Virus record (IMG/VR): IMGVR_UViG_3300043571_000313
Location: 9,810 to 73,809 of that record
Origin: a virus
DNA length: 64,000 bases
Reading direction: 5' to 3' (one strand)
Part shown: positions 27,887 to 36,024 of the stretch, in pieces
How positions within the stretch are numbered: position 1 is the stretch's first letter
Layout: the number at the start of each line of letters is the position of its first letter
Program-made: the position numbers and the translations under genes
The notes under the pieces: model-generated
Told to the model about the DNA's origin: nothing
Databases searched by the model: none
The model's input: the letters and a program-made list of their open reading frames with translations, nothing else

Positions 27887-28593
27887 GCTGCCACCTCCTT
27901 CACGTCCGCCGCGGCGACTGCCTTCGCCTTGCCACCAAGGAAGCGAACGTGCCGCCACTCGGTCGGTGCGACGTAGTCATAGTATTCGTCGAGCTGCTTC
28001 ACCGGGAAGCCGGCTGCCTTCCACGCCTCGAAGTATTCATTGCGGGTGCTGCGGATCAGGTCGCCATTGCGTGCCTCGAGGATGAGCATGGCGCGCGCCT
28101 CGTCTTCATCGCGGGCAACGCAGCCCCAGTAGCAACCAGAGCTGGAATTCATCGTCTCCCAGTCGTCGCGCCACGCCTTCCACTCAGGCCCCTTGTATGT
28201 CGAGAGCGTGACGTACTCCGAGTGCCGGCGACAATACATGACCTGCTCGGCCTTCAACTCATCGAGGGTGATGGCCCACTGCATCGGATCACTGATCGGG
28301 CGATCCCGCTTCTTGCCGTGCTGGCGCACGAGCTTCGCCATGAGCGCACCCATGCCGATGAACGCATCGGGGGTGCAGTGCTCGCCATCGGCGCTGCATC
28401 CGTAGTAGAGGAGCGCGCCATCCTCTTTGACTTCGGACTTGGTGGCTTGGAAGCGGAGCTTCAGGAACGGCAGGTTGTTGTTGTAGAGCTTCGCGACCGC
28501 GATGTTCAGATGCGTGACGACGTAGTCGCCGCGCACGTCCTGACTGATGTGATAGATCAGCCGGCCGGGCTTGATCGGATGGGTTGGTTTCAT
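27883..28593 (-). CDS. hypothetical protein
   Basis: Start MKPTHPI at ATGA overlap; ends KEVAA. Confidence 0.6.
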   Translation of the reverse strand: MKPTHPIKPGRLIYHISQDVRGDYVVTHLNIAVAKLYNNNLPFLKLRFQATKSEVKEDGALLYYGCSADGEHCTPDAFIGMGALMAKLVRQHGKKRDRPISDPMQWAITLDELKAEQVMYCRRHSEYVTLSTYKGPEWKAWRDDWETMNSSSGCYWGCVARDEDEARAMLILEARNGDLIRSTRNEYFEAWKAAGFPVKQLDEYYDYVAPTEWRHVRFLGGKAKAVAAADVKEVAA

Positions 28594-28844
28594 GAGAGAG
28601 TGAGATCGGGTTGGGGATTGGGTGGCGTCACGATCCGCAGCATCCCCATCCGACGGAGCCAGCAGCGGCGGGCGCGCGGCGTGTCGTTGAGGATGTGCGG
28701 TCGGCGGGTGGCGTACCGTTGCTGGCGCACGTAGCCCCGGGCGAAGATCTCGCACCGGGACCACGTCGCCGGCCCGAAGATCAGCTCGGCCTCACGCCAT
28801 GGCGTAGTGACCAGCACGATACTCGGGCGGTTGCCTGCGGGCAT
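28590..28844 (-). CDS. hypothetical protein
   Basis: Fills the operon gap. Confidence 0.45.
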   Translation of the reverse strand: MPAGNRPSIVLVTTPWREAELIFGPATWSRCEIFARGYVRQQRYATRRPHILNDTPRARRCWLRRMGMLRIVTPPNPQPDLTLS

Positions 28845-28847
28845 GGG

Positions 28848-29294
28848 TTACTTGCGGGACTCAGCCTTGGCGATCAGCTCGGCGTGGATTTTCTCCACGG
28901 CGCGGAGCGTTTCGACGTAGCGCTGGATGTGGGAAAGGGTTCCTAGATCGATTATCGACCAGCCGTCGTCATTGATGGTGACTGCGGCTGCGATCTGCCC
29001 TCCATGGAGCTTGTCCACGCGGATCATGGTCTGCCCCAGCGTGGCGAAAGCACCACCGCTATACTCATAGCCCGATTCGTGCGAGCCGTGGTACGGAATG
29101 CCACGAGGCAGGCCACGGCAGCCGAAGCCATCGTCGCCAGTGCCGACGCCGAGGGCGTAGTTCATTTCCTCGGCGAACAGGTTGGCGACAGGTGAATCGG
29201 ATTCGTCATCAAACTCATCCGTGAAGCCGAGATCCTTGAACAGGTGGGCGTACTCACGCGCCACCGTCACTTGCATATAGCAGCGGTCTCCCAT
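28848..29294 (-). CDS. hypothetical protein
   Basis: 148 aa, MGDRCYM start. Confidence 0.6.
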   Translation of the reverse strand: MGDRCYMQVTVAREYAHLFKDLGFTDEFDDESDSPVANLFAEEMNYALGVGTGDDGFGCRGLPRGIPYHGSHESGYEYSGGAFATLGQTMIRVDKLHGGQIAAAVTINDDGWSIIDLGTLSHIQRYVETLRAVEKIHAELIAKAESRK

Positions 29295-29374
29295 TGTAGT
29301 GTGTGGTTGAGGGTTGTGTTTTACGTTTCAAAGTGGGCGTGTTGCCCATAGGTGGAGGTAACAAGCACGCTGAA

Positions 29375-29473
29375 TCAGTCGTGCTCGGGGTCCTTCGCTA
29401 TCCGGCAGATCGCGACGATGAGGGCCGACGCGATCAGCAGCGCGAGGCCGCCGAGGGTGAGGAGGGTTGTCAT
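29375..29473 (-). CDS. small membrane protein (32 aa)
   Basis: MTTLLTLGGLALLIASALIVAICRIAKDPEHD, ATGA-coupled. Confidence 0.45.
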   Translation of the reverse strand: MTTLLTLGGLALLIASALIVAICRIAKDPEHD

Positions 29474-29877
29474 GGGGAGGGAGGGATGCCGAGCGCACGC
29501 TTGATGTCGCGATCGGTGGTGATGAAGACCTTGTCGTCGGAGAGGCGCTTGATGAGGAACGCTTTTCCCAGTGCCCTGGCGCGGTAGCCGTGCAGCACGT
29601 AGCTGTCGCGGCCGAGCGTGAACACCTGGGTCAGGTGCGCTTCGGTGAGGCCGAGGAACCGATACGATTGCTTGAGATAGGCCTGCTCCTTGGTCACGGC
29701 CACGCCCTCCGGGCTGATGACACGGACCTCCAGCTTGTAGGTGGCGTTCATCAGGGTGAAGGAGGCGTTGCACGCCTCGAGTTCGACGCCGTGCTTAAGG
29801 CCGACGGCCTTGAGTGCGGCGTTAATGTCCGGCCGCAGCGCGGCGAGGAGATCCTTTGATATGGTGGATGGGTTCAT
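29470..29877 (-). CDS. hypothetical protein
   Basis: LRPDINAALKAVGLKHGV motif typical of phage early proteins. Confidence 0.6.
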   Translation of the reverse strand: MNPSTISKDLLAALRPDINAALKAVGLKHGVELEACNASFTLMNATYKLEVRVISPEGVAVTKEQAYLKQSYRFLGLTEAHLTQVFTLGRDSYVLHGYRARALGKAFLIKRLSDDKVFITTDRDIKRALGIPPSP

Positions 29878-30143
29878 GGCGGGGAAATCCAAGCTGATCC
29901 GGGCGTACGGAGGGTCACATGCCCCTCGATGGTGCAGATGACGGCGAAATCCGACACCCTCCGGCCTTTGCGATCCGCTGGCGCGAGGCGGCGAAAGGCC
30001 TCATCCTGTGCATCTGCCTGCGCCTGTGACGCGAATTGCCTGGTCATATAGGCCACGTAGTAGTTGCGGGAGTGGCGACGTGAGCACCGATCGAATGGAT
30101 CGAGCTGCTCGTCAGGGTAGCGCAGGAGGATGGTGTATTTCAT
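29874..30143 (-). CDS. hypothetical protein
   Basis: MKYTILLRYPD start. Confidence 0.55.
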   Translation of the reverse strand: MKYTILLRYPDEQLDPFDRCSRRHSRNYYVAYMTRQFASQAQADAQDEAFRRLAPADRKGRRVSDFAVICTIEGHVTLRTPGSAWISPP

Positions 30144-30167
30144 GGGAAAGTCAGTCTTCCACCCGGG

Positions 30168-30476
30168 CTACGATGCATCGTCGACTTTGTCTTCCCATCG
30201 TGCTTCAATGCGCGAATGCATTGAGGCATTCCCGGGTGACAACAGGCGAATACTGGCCCCAGCGGGCACCACATAGGAGTCTTCGCCACCGGCGGATCTC
30301 CAATAGAACTCGACGGCCCTCGCTAAGGTTACCGGCTCGTTTGAGAGCCATACGTGCTCCGTTGTGCCATCAGCACGGGAGAAGAAGCGATTGAGTTTGG
30401 ACGAATCAACAATGGACTCGACTGGTAGATGGTGACGGGATGACGGAATAATGACTGTTTTCATGAGATGTGTCAT
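30168..30476 (-). CDS. hypothetical protein (lower GC)
   Basis: ATGA-coupled, more AT-rich codons than neighbours. Confidence 0.5.
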   Translation of the reverse strand: MTHLMKTVIIPSSRHHLPVESIVDSSKLNRFFSRADGTTEHVWLSNEPVTLARAVEFYWRSAGGEDSYVVPAGASIRLLSPGNASMHSRIEARWEDKVDDAS

Positions 30477-30775
30477 GGCACGGCCTCCCACCCGAAGGGT
30501 TTGCATACGAAGCGGAGGTAACGGTCGGGGACGCCGGTGATGATGACCTCATCGCCGACGGAGAGCGACGGCATGCGCATGCCAAGCAGTGACATCAGCT
30601 CACTGCCATCGACGGCATTGAACTGGCGGAAGACCCAGCGCAGCAAGGCGCCGGTGTCGAGGGAGGTCACGCTGGTCATCTGCTCATTGCGGATGGTCAG
30701 CGACGAGTAGCGATAGGGCTGCGCAGCCTGCGGGTTGTGGTCCAGCTGGCGGATCGTGATGGTGATGGTGTCCAT
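30473..30775 (-). CDS. hypothetical protein (YodL-like SLSVGD motif)
   Basis: VFRQFN...MPSLSVGDEV...CKPFGW. Confidence 0.55.
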   Translation of the reverse strand: MDTITITIRQLDHNPQAAQPYRYSSLTIRNEQMTSVTSLDTGALLRWVFRQFNAVDGSELMSLLGMRMPSLSVGDEVIITGVPDRYLRFVCKPFGWEAVP

Positions 30776-30784
30776 GGGAAAGTG

Positions 30785-31234
30785 TCAGTCTTCCACCCGG
30801 CGGATGTACCAGGCGCCGCCGGAGCGGAGTGATTCGTAACGCGATGAGCCAAGGATGCTCGAGATGAGGAGCAAGTCCTCGATGAAGTTGCCGCCGTCGT
30901 TGGGCGGGTTGGGATACGGCACCCAGCCAGCGGACGGGGACCGCAGCGGCGGCGGGGCAAGGCGGTGCGGCAGCTTGCACGGCACGACGTGGATGCCGTG
31001 CACCTTGGCCACGATGCGGCCACGGTAGGCGAACTCGTCGCCGTCCTTGATGGCGTCCGAGCATTGGCGCAGATCGTAGAGGCAGCCCAGCGCGTCGCCG
31101 TTCCAGCGGCGCGGGATGATGGGTTCGCCCTCGTCGGAGCGGGTGAAGAGGAGCGTGTCCTCCTCGTCTGCCTCGAGATCGGGGATGTTGACGTAAAGGC
31201 CGCTATTGTAAGCGGTGATTTTCCAGGTGGTCAT
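30785..31234 (-). CDS. hypothetical protein
   Basis: MTTWKITAY start after TTTCCC. Confidence 0.55.
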   Translation of the reverse strand: MTTWKITAYNSGLYVNIPDLEADEEDTLLFTRSDEGEPIIPRRWNGDALGCLYDLRQCSDAIKDGDEFAYRGRIVAKVHGIHVVPCKLPHRLAPPPLRSPSAGWVPYPNPPNDGGNFIEDLLLISSILGSSRYESLRSGGAWYIRRVED

Positions 31235-31244
31235 GGGAAATAGT

Positions 31245-31456
31245 CGCGCCGTGGGCCGCACGGCGCGCATTGGACTGTGGGTTGTGATCAGGCAGCGGTG
31301 AGGCCGCCCATAAACTCGCCGTGATGAGTGTCCGCCCGTGCTCGACGGGCATAGCGGCGACTGGCGGCGGCTTCCGCCAGTCCCCATGGACACTCGCCTT
31401 AAAGATTTCGGGTGGCATCGAGGTGGCTTCTGCCCCACCTGCCTCTTGGCCCACCC
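31245..31456 (-). ncRNA. candidate structured RNA (two three-way junctions plus two hairpins)
   Basis: Perfect stems GAGTGTCC/GGACACTC, GCCCGT/ACGGGC, GACTGGCGG/CCGCCAGTC, GGGTGG/CCACCC, AGGTGG/CCACCT, CGCGCCGTG/CACGGCGCG fill a 230-bp intergenic gap. Confidence 0.55.
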
Positions 31457-31465
31457 AGCAAAGTC

Positions 31466-31657
31466 TCAGGTCGAATGCAGACCGCACCGGCGGCGCGGCT
31501 TAAATCCAAGGATGTCCGCCACGCTGGCGGCCGGGCGGGCTACGGGCTTCGGAGGCGGCGTGCGATCCTCGATAGTGACGGAGCGCGGGGCGTAGCCGTA
31601 GCGCTGTTCATGTTTGCGGGCCGAGGCCTGCTCCCAGATCTGATTTAGTTGGCTCAT
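31466..31657 (-). CDS. hypothetical protein
   Basis: MSQLNQIWEQ start. Confidence 0.45.
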   Translation of the reverse strand: MSQLNQIWEQASARKHEQRYGYAPRSVTIEDRTPPPKPVARPAASVADILGFKPRRRCGLHST

Positions 31658-31673
31658 GGCAATAGAGTTGAGG

Positions 31674-31958
31674 TTACACTTTCGAAAAGGAATGCCGCAC
31701 CGTCGTGGGCGCATGCACCCAGTTGCCCGGCGTCATCAGCTGCGGCGCTGACATCAGGCGGTGGTCGCCCTTCAGGCGATGCTTGGACATGACGCGAAAG
31801 GCCTCGCCCTTCCGCATGTGAAAGCGCCCACCGTCCAAGGCCGCAGGCAGGAACGAAACCGGCCGGGGGCGCACGGCCACGGCCACCCGACCAAGCTGCC
31901 CCAGGGCATCCGCCGGCAGATGCCACTTGCTCAGACCCCGGCGAGCGTCCGCGCTCAT
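31674..31958 (-). CDS. hypothetical protein
   Basis: ATGA-coupled to 31955..32254. Confidence 0.45.
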   Translation of the reverse strand: MSADARRGLSKWHLPADALGQLGRVAVAVRPRPVSFLPAALDGGRFHMRKGEAFRVMSKHRLKGDHRLMSAPQLMTPGNWVHAPTTVRHSFSKV

Positions 31959-32254
31959 GCCCATAGAGCCGGGCGATCGCGCGGCTCGAGATAGCCATTG
32001 GCGAAGAGCCATTCGGCCACCGGAGCGGGCAGGGTCAGGTCGTCACCGTAGGCGAACACGATCTCCTGCCCGGCAAATTCAGGGAACACCTCGACAAAAC
32101 GCGCACCGTTCGCACGGTCGCGGAAAGCGGCAAACACGCCCTTGCGCTTGACCACCGTGAAGCCGATTTCGCGCTTGCGCACGTCCCGGCGCCACTCACA
32201 GACCCGCTCGCGCAGCTTGTCGCACACGAGCGTCACCGTCAGTTTGGATTTCAT
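31955..32254 (-). CDS. hypothetical protein
   Basis: 99 aa; ATG 5 nt after the hammerhead cleavage site. Confidence 0.6.
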   Translation of the reverse strand: MKSKLTVTLVCDKLRERVCEWRRDVRKREIGFTVVKRKGVFAAFRDRANGARFVEVFPEFAGQEIVFAYGDDLTLPAPVAEWLFANGYLEPRDRPALWA

Positions 32255-32322
32255 ACCGATACGCGCCGGCCCCCGTGGACCGCGCGGCGTTTCGCTGGGA
32301 TTTCACCAGCTCATCAGTCGGT
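32255..32322 (-). ncRNA. hammerhead ribozyme, type I
   Basis: Minus strand: ACCGA-CUGAUGA-GCUGG(UGAAAUC)CCAGC-GAAACG...CGUA^UCGGU; all conserved core nucleotides and stems I-III present; GUA cleavage between 32260 and 32259. Confidence 0.9.
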
Positions 32323-32340
32323 TCGAGTCATCTCCTACCC

Positions 32341-32940
32341 TCACGCCTTCGAGGCAATCGCCGCATAGGCAGCACGCACCTGCGCGGCATGCGACGTCGC
32401 CTTCGGCTTTTCGCCGTGCGTCTTCTGGAACGTCAGCTTGGTCGTGGTCTTGGCCGCGCCCACACGAACCGTGTAGGCCACCAAGTCACCGCCGTTGTCC
32501 ATCGCCTCATCGCAATACATGGCCTTGTTCGCCATCAGATCCGCCTTGCGCGCATCTGCGGTCTTTTTGACCGAAGCGCGCTGGCTGTCCGTCAGGCGGA
32601 CATACTTGCCCGGCTGGTAACCCTCGGGAATCGCCGCGCCATGCGCGGTCGCCTTCAGGATCACAACCATGTGCGCCAACGTCGCCACCGGCAGCAGTGA
32701 GACGAACGCCTTGCGGGCTTCCGTCGCGTGGAACTGGGTCAACTGAACCCGCGAGTCCGCGAGATCCAGCTCACTGAGCTCCGAACCGGCGTCCGCCTCA
32801 GCGGCAGCATCTTTCGCCAACTCTTCGGCCAACACCGTGTCATCCTCCAGAATGTCGAGCAGCTTCGCGCTGGCCTCGTCATTCGAGATCAAACCCTTGT
32901 CCAACTGCGCCACGATGTCATTCTTGATCGAGTTATTCAT
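32341..32940 (-). CDS. hypothetical protein, first gene of the leftward early arm
   Basis: MNNSIKNDIV..., 199 aa with an acidic N-terminal half. Confidence 0.65.
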   Translation of the reverse strand: MNNSIKNDIVAQLDKGLISNDEASAKLLDILEDDTVLAEELAKDAAAEADAGSELSELDLADSRVQLTQFHATEARKAFVSLLPVATLAHMVVILKATAHGAAIPEGYQPGKYVRLTDSQRASVKKTADARKADLMANKAMYCDEAMDNGGDLVAYTVRVGAAKTTTKLTFQKTHGEKPKATSHAAQVRAAYAAIASKA

Positions 32941-33443
32941 GAGAAACTCGGTTCCGTCCTGCGGGGTCCGATTGGTCGCTGGCCTGAAGAGGCTTCGCGG
33001 GATCGGGTGCCCCACTATCGGGATACCGATACGCCATTTTTCACGCGCCCCGCTGTAAACCATTTCGCTTGCGACATTTGAACGGCCGTCCGCCACTTCG
33101 CCCCACTACTTTAAGTGCATTCGTGCGCTGCGGCCGAGTTCGATCCGCGTCATGCGACCCACGTAAAAAAATCCGCCGTCGAGCTAAGATTCCATCAGGT
33201 GTGATCCACGCGCCGTCGGTTGCGGTATCGTGGGATTGTAAGTCCCCTTATTGCAACCCATATGCGCTAGCTTGTTCCGGTAGCCCCCCGGCAGTCTCTC
33301 GCGGCTGACTGCTGCCTCGTGCCGGGCGAGTCGCGAACCGGTCGAGCGTTGCTCTAGACCGTCGGACTGCTAACCCTGACACCAGCAGCAACTTGCTGAC
33401 TATCAGTGACCTAACCTAGGCAGAGGTAACAGCAAAATCCGAT

Positions 33444-33461
33444 ATACCCCCCCGGGGGTAT
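33444..33461. other. C/G-run palindrome, candidate packaging/terminus signal
   Basis: ATACCCCC-CC-GGGGGTAT in the largest non-coding gap at a strand switch. Confidence 0.3.
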
Positions 33462-33469
33462 TCGGGGTT

Positions 33470-33498
33470 TCGACCTGGCCGCCTTCCCCGTATATAAT
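33470..33498 (+). promoter_or_regulatory. sigma70-like promoter candidate
   Basis: TCGACC-N17-TATAAT. Confidence 0.4.
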
Positions 33499-33579
33499 CC
33501 CCTCCCTCTGAACTTTCGGGCCTGGCTCGCGTGGGTGGATTCAGGCCTATTTTTCTAGGTCCATTCAGGCCTATTTCTC

Positions 33580-33977
33580 TTTTTTACAATTTGTCTCATG
33601 GGATAATTTTCCCATGAGACCACTTCCCATGAGACTGCTCGGTTTTTTACACGTTGTCTCATGGTCTCATGGGATGGGGTATTGTATAATACCCCTCCCA
33701 TGAGACCATGAGACTGTGGAAAACCGGGTGAGACCGGGTTCAGGACGGCCGTTTCGCGCCAGCTTCCGTGCCTTTAGGATTAAAAAGACCCCCCTCTTCT
33801 GCGCGCAGACCGGCTGTTTCGATCCGACAGGCCTTAAATCGCAAAGGACGGCGTTTAAATCGGTCTCATGGGAAACGCATTTTTTATCCCATGAGACCAT
33901 TTCCCATGAGACCACTTTTTACATTTCGTTTTTTACACTTTGTCTCATGGCATTCCCGTGAGACAAATTGTAAAAAA
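33580..33977. repeat. iteron-like CCATGAGAC/GTCTCATGG array, probable replication origin
   Basis: About 12 copies in both orientations; 24-bp terminal inverted repeats (1 mismatch); central 59-bp hairpin 33656-33714; TTTTTACA tracts. Confidence 0.7.
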
Positions 33978-34294
33978 ACACCCTCTTTCGTTGCCCACGG
34001 TTTGAGGTTGCCATCTCGAGGCCGGTTTGCCGGCATCGGGGCGTGAGCTTGGCGCTTCTACTCCTCGTTTTGCAGAGCCGGCTGGCGTGGGCGCAGGTTC
34101 CTGAGCGCGCTTCGGCGCCTAGGGCGGTGCTTATCGCGCTGCGGGACATGCAGTTTCGGGGATTCCGCCGATGAACCGGCGTGGCTTTATCCGAAACCTG
34201 CTGGCGGGTGGCGCGGTGGCGGCCGTTGCGCCGAAAGAGGCGATCGACGAGGCGGTCGGTCCGGATGATTGCCCGTTCTGAACGTATTTTACAC

Positions 34295-34642
34295 ATGAGC
34301 AGCGACACGCCACTGACGGATGCGGAGTACGTCACGACCTACGACGGCGGGGACCACCCGCATTGGGCAACAGCGGTGCGACATGGGCCGTATGCTGGCT
34401 ATTGCTACACTCAGGAGGCGGCAGACCACCTGACCAAAATGCTCAACGAACGTATCACTCTCGAACGCCGCGTCAGCCAGCTAGAGGCCCAACTTGCCGA
34501 GGCGCGCAAGGATTCGGAGCGGTTGGCTAAAGCTGACCGGCTCGCGCTCTACGACGGGAAGGATGGGCACCGCGAGTGGTGGAGCGGAGGGACGTGGCTC
34601 TATCCAGGTGATGAGATCATACAACTAGACGCGAAACCATGA
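34295..34642 (+). CDS. hypothetical protein
   Basis: MSSDTPLTDA start and ARKDSERL motif typical of phage small proteins. Confidence 0.6.
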   Translation: MSSDTPLTDAEYVTTYDGGDHPHWATAVRHGPYAGYCYTQEAADHLTKMLNERITLERRVSQLEAQLAEARKDSERLAKADRLALYDGKDGHREWWSGGTWLYPGDEIIQLDAKP

Positions 34643-34920
34643 GCCCACAACGCAAAGCCAAGAAGCCCGCGAGGATTAACGGGGAAATCAAGCAGTCCAT
34701 GATGCCGATACGGGACAATCGTGGCATGACGATTCGTTTTGAGGATCGCCCCAAGTATCTACAACTCCCCATCGACAACCCTGACGCGCTGGTTGAGCAG
34801 GTGGCCAACGACATGGCGGCCTATGGCCGTAGTGGACAGTATCTGTTGACATGGGAGGATATTGCCCGCGCCGCCCTGCGCTCCCTCGGTGTGCCGATTA
34901 AGGGAGGGAAAAAACCATGA
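34639..34920 (+). CDS. hypothetical protein
   Basis: ATGA-coupled. Confidence 0.55.
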   Translation: MSPQRKAKKPARINGEIKQSMMPIRDNRGMTIRFEDRPKYLQLPIDNPDALVEQVANDMAAYGRSGQYLLTWEDIARAALRSLGVPIKGGKKP

Positions 34921-35432
34921 GCACGCAACCAAGCGAGCACGCGCAGCGGGCATCGAAAGCATTAGACGGTGGCGACATCGAGGCGCACATCATCGACCAT
35001 CACGCGATCGCTCCCGCCGTGGCCGAGCGGGACCGGCGAATTGCCGAGTTAGAGGCGCGTATCGCCAAGCAAAACGCGATCATTGACCGGCTGAACCACT
35101 GCGGATCCGACACCGAGCGGATCGAGTGGCTGGAGCGTATGTGCTTTGACCTCACCGAATCAAAAGGGCGATGGTGCGTCTCGGACTTTATCGTCGAGAG
35201 GGCGCACTACGGCAAGACCGTGCGAGAGGCGGTCGACGCGGTGGGCCGGGTCACGGATTGCCCGGGTCAAATAATCACGGCGCACTGGATGCAGACCGCG
35301 CGCTCCACTGCGATGTACAGCGAGGCCTACCTCGCCGCCTTGAACGAAATCATGGCCGGAAAAGCCAATTTTTACACTTTGTCTCATGGGAAAATATCCC
35401 GTGAGACTGCCGGGCTCCGGGGAGCCCCATGA
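34917..35432 (+). CDS. hypothetical protein
   Basis: DTERIEWLE...TVREAVDA motif. Confidence 0.55.
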   Translation: MSTQPSEHAQRASKALDGGDIEAHIIDHHAIAPAVAERDRRIAELEARIAKQNAIIDRLNHCGSDTERIEWLERMCFDLTESKGRWCVSDFIVERAHYGKTVREAVDAVGRVTDCPGQIITAHWMQTARSTAMYSEAYLAALNEIMAGKANFYTLSHGKISRETAGLRGAP

Positions 35433-35803
35433 GATCGACCCCACGTCATTTACGTGAGTGGCTGGCGGTCCTGCACTATAACGGGGACCAGGTGACGTGG
35501 CGCACATGGTGGAAGATGCTGCGCGGGGCAGTGTCCATGGTCGCCCGGCCGCTGCCCCGGGCCGTCTGGCGTAACCGGGCGCGGACGTGCGCGCGGTGCC
35601 CCCTCTTCGACCGCGAGTTGCGGCGCTGCGCCGGGCCGTGGGTGCAGGGCAAGCCTACCGGGTGCGGGTGCTACCTCGTTTGGATGATCCGCGTGCCGGC
35701 GCCTTACCCTGCGGGGTGCTGGGCGAAGCAGTTCTTGGCGCCTGAGACGGGGCTGGGCTGGCCGGCTTACCCATCGGCAACGCCGAGGAGTCCAGGATCT
35801 TGA
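35429..35803 (+). CDS. Cys-rich hypothetical protein
   Basis: RARTCARCP...C...GCGCYL; 3' end overlaps a convergent ORF. Confidence 0.5.
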   Translation: MRSTPRHLREWLAVLHYNGDQVTWRTWWKMLRGAVSMVARPLPRAVWRNRARTCARCPLFDRELRRCAGPWVQGKPTGCGCYLVWMIRVPAPYPAGCWAKQFLAPETGLGWPAYPSATPRSPGS

Positions 35804-35993
35804 ATGCGATCCACTTCTCCCCCTCGATGGTCTCATAACTGGAGAACCGGGTCTTCACTCGATGCAGGGTGTCCCTCTGCATGATCGTCCAGTCGTAGTG
35901 CAGCGCTGGATCAAGCGGAGGGCTATTCTCGTCCATCAAGTTGGAGTACGGCACGAACAGGTACTCGCCGCGAACGAAGGTATTGGTGCTCAC
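35655..35993 (-). CDS. hypothetical protein
   Basis: GTG start; convergent overlap of about 150 bp. Confidence 0.45.
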   Translation of the reverse strand: MSTNTFVRGEYLFVPYSNLMDENSPPLDPALHYDWTIMQRDTLHRVKTRFSSYETIEGEKWIAFKILDSSALPMGKPASPAPSQAPRTASPSTPQGKAPARGSSKRGSTRTR

Positions 35994-36024
35994 GGCTTAT
36001 CCTCCGGGTGCATCTCTTCGATTT

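Larger units (their letters stand above)
30141..30800. repeat. 26/28-bp direct repeats flanking two genes
   Basis: CATGGGAAAG-TCAGTCTTCCACCCGG (30141-30166) and CATGGGAAAG-TG-TCAGTCTTCCACCCGG (30773-30800). Confidence 0.85.

Noticed and set aside
29295-29374. HDV-like ribozyme suggested by CCTCCAC...GGGCAAC on the - strand
   Set aside because: P3 and the nested pseudoknot cannot be formed; only a simple hairpin
33580-33977. Repeat array as a CRISPR array or as synthetic BsaI/BsmAI cloning scars
   Set aside because: Units are 9-10 bp, in both orientations with irregular spacing, there is no cas operon, and they are embedded in natural degenerate repeats
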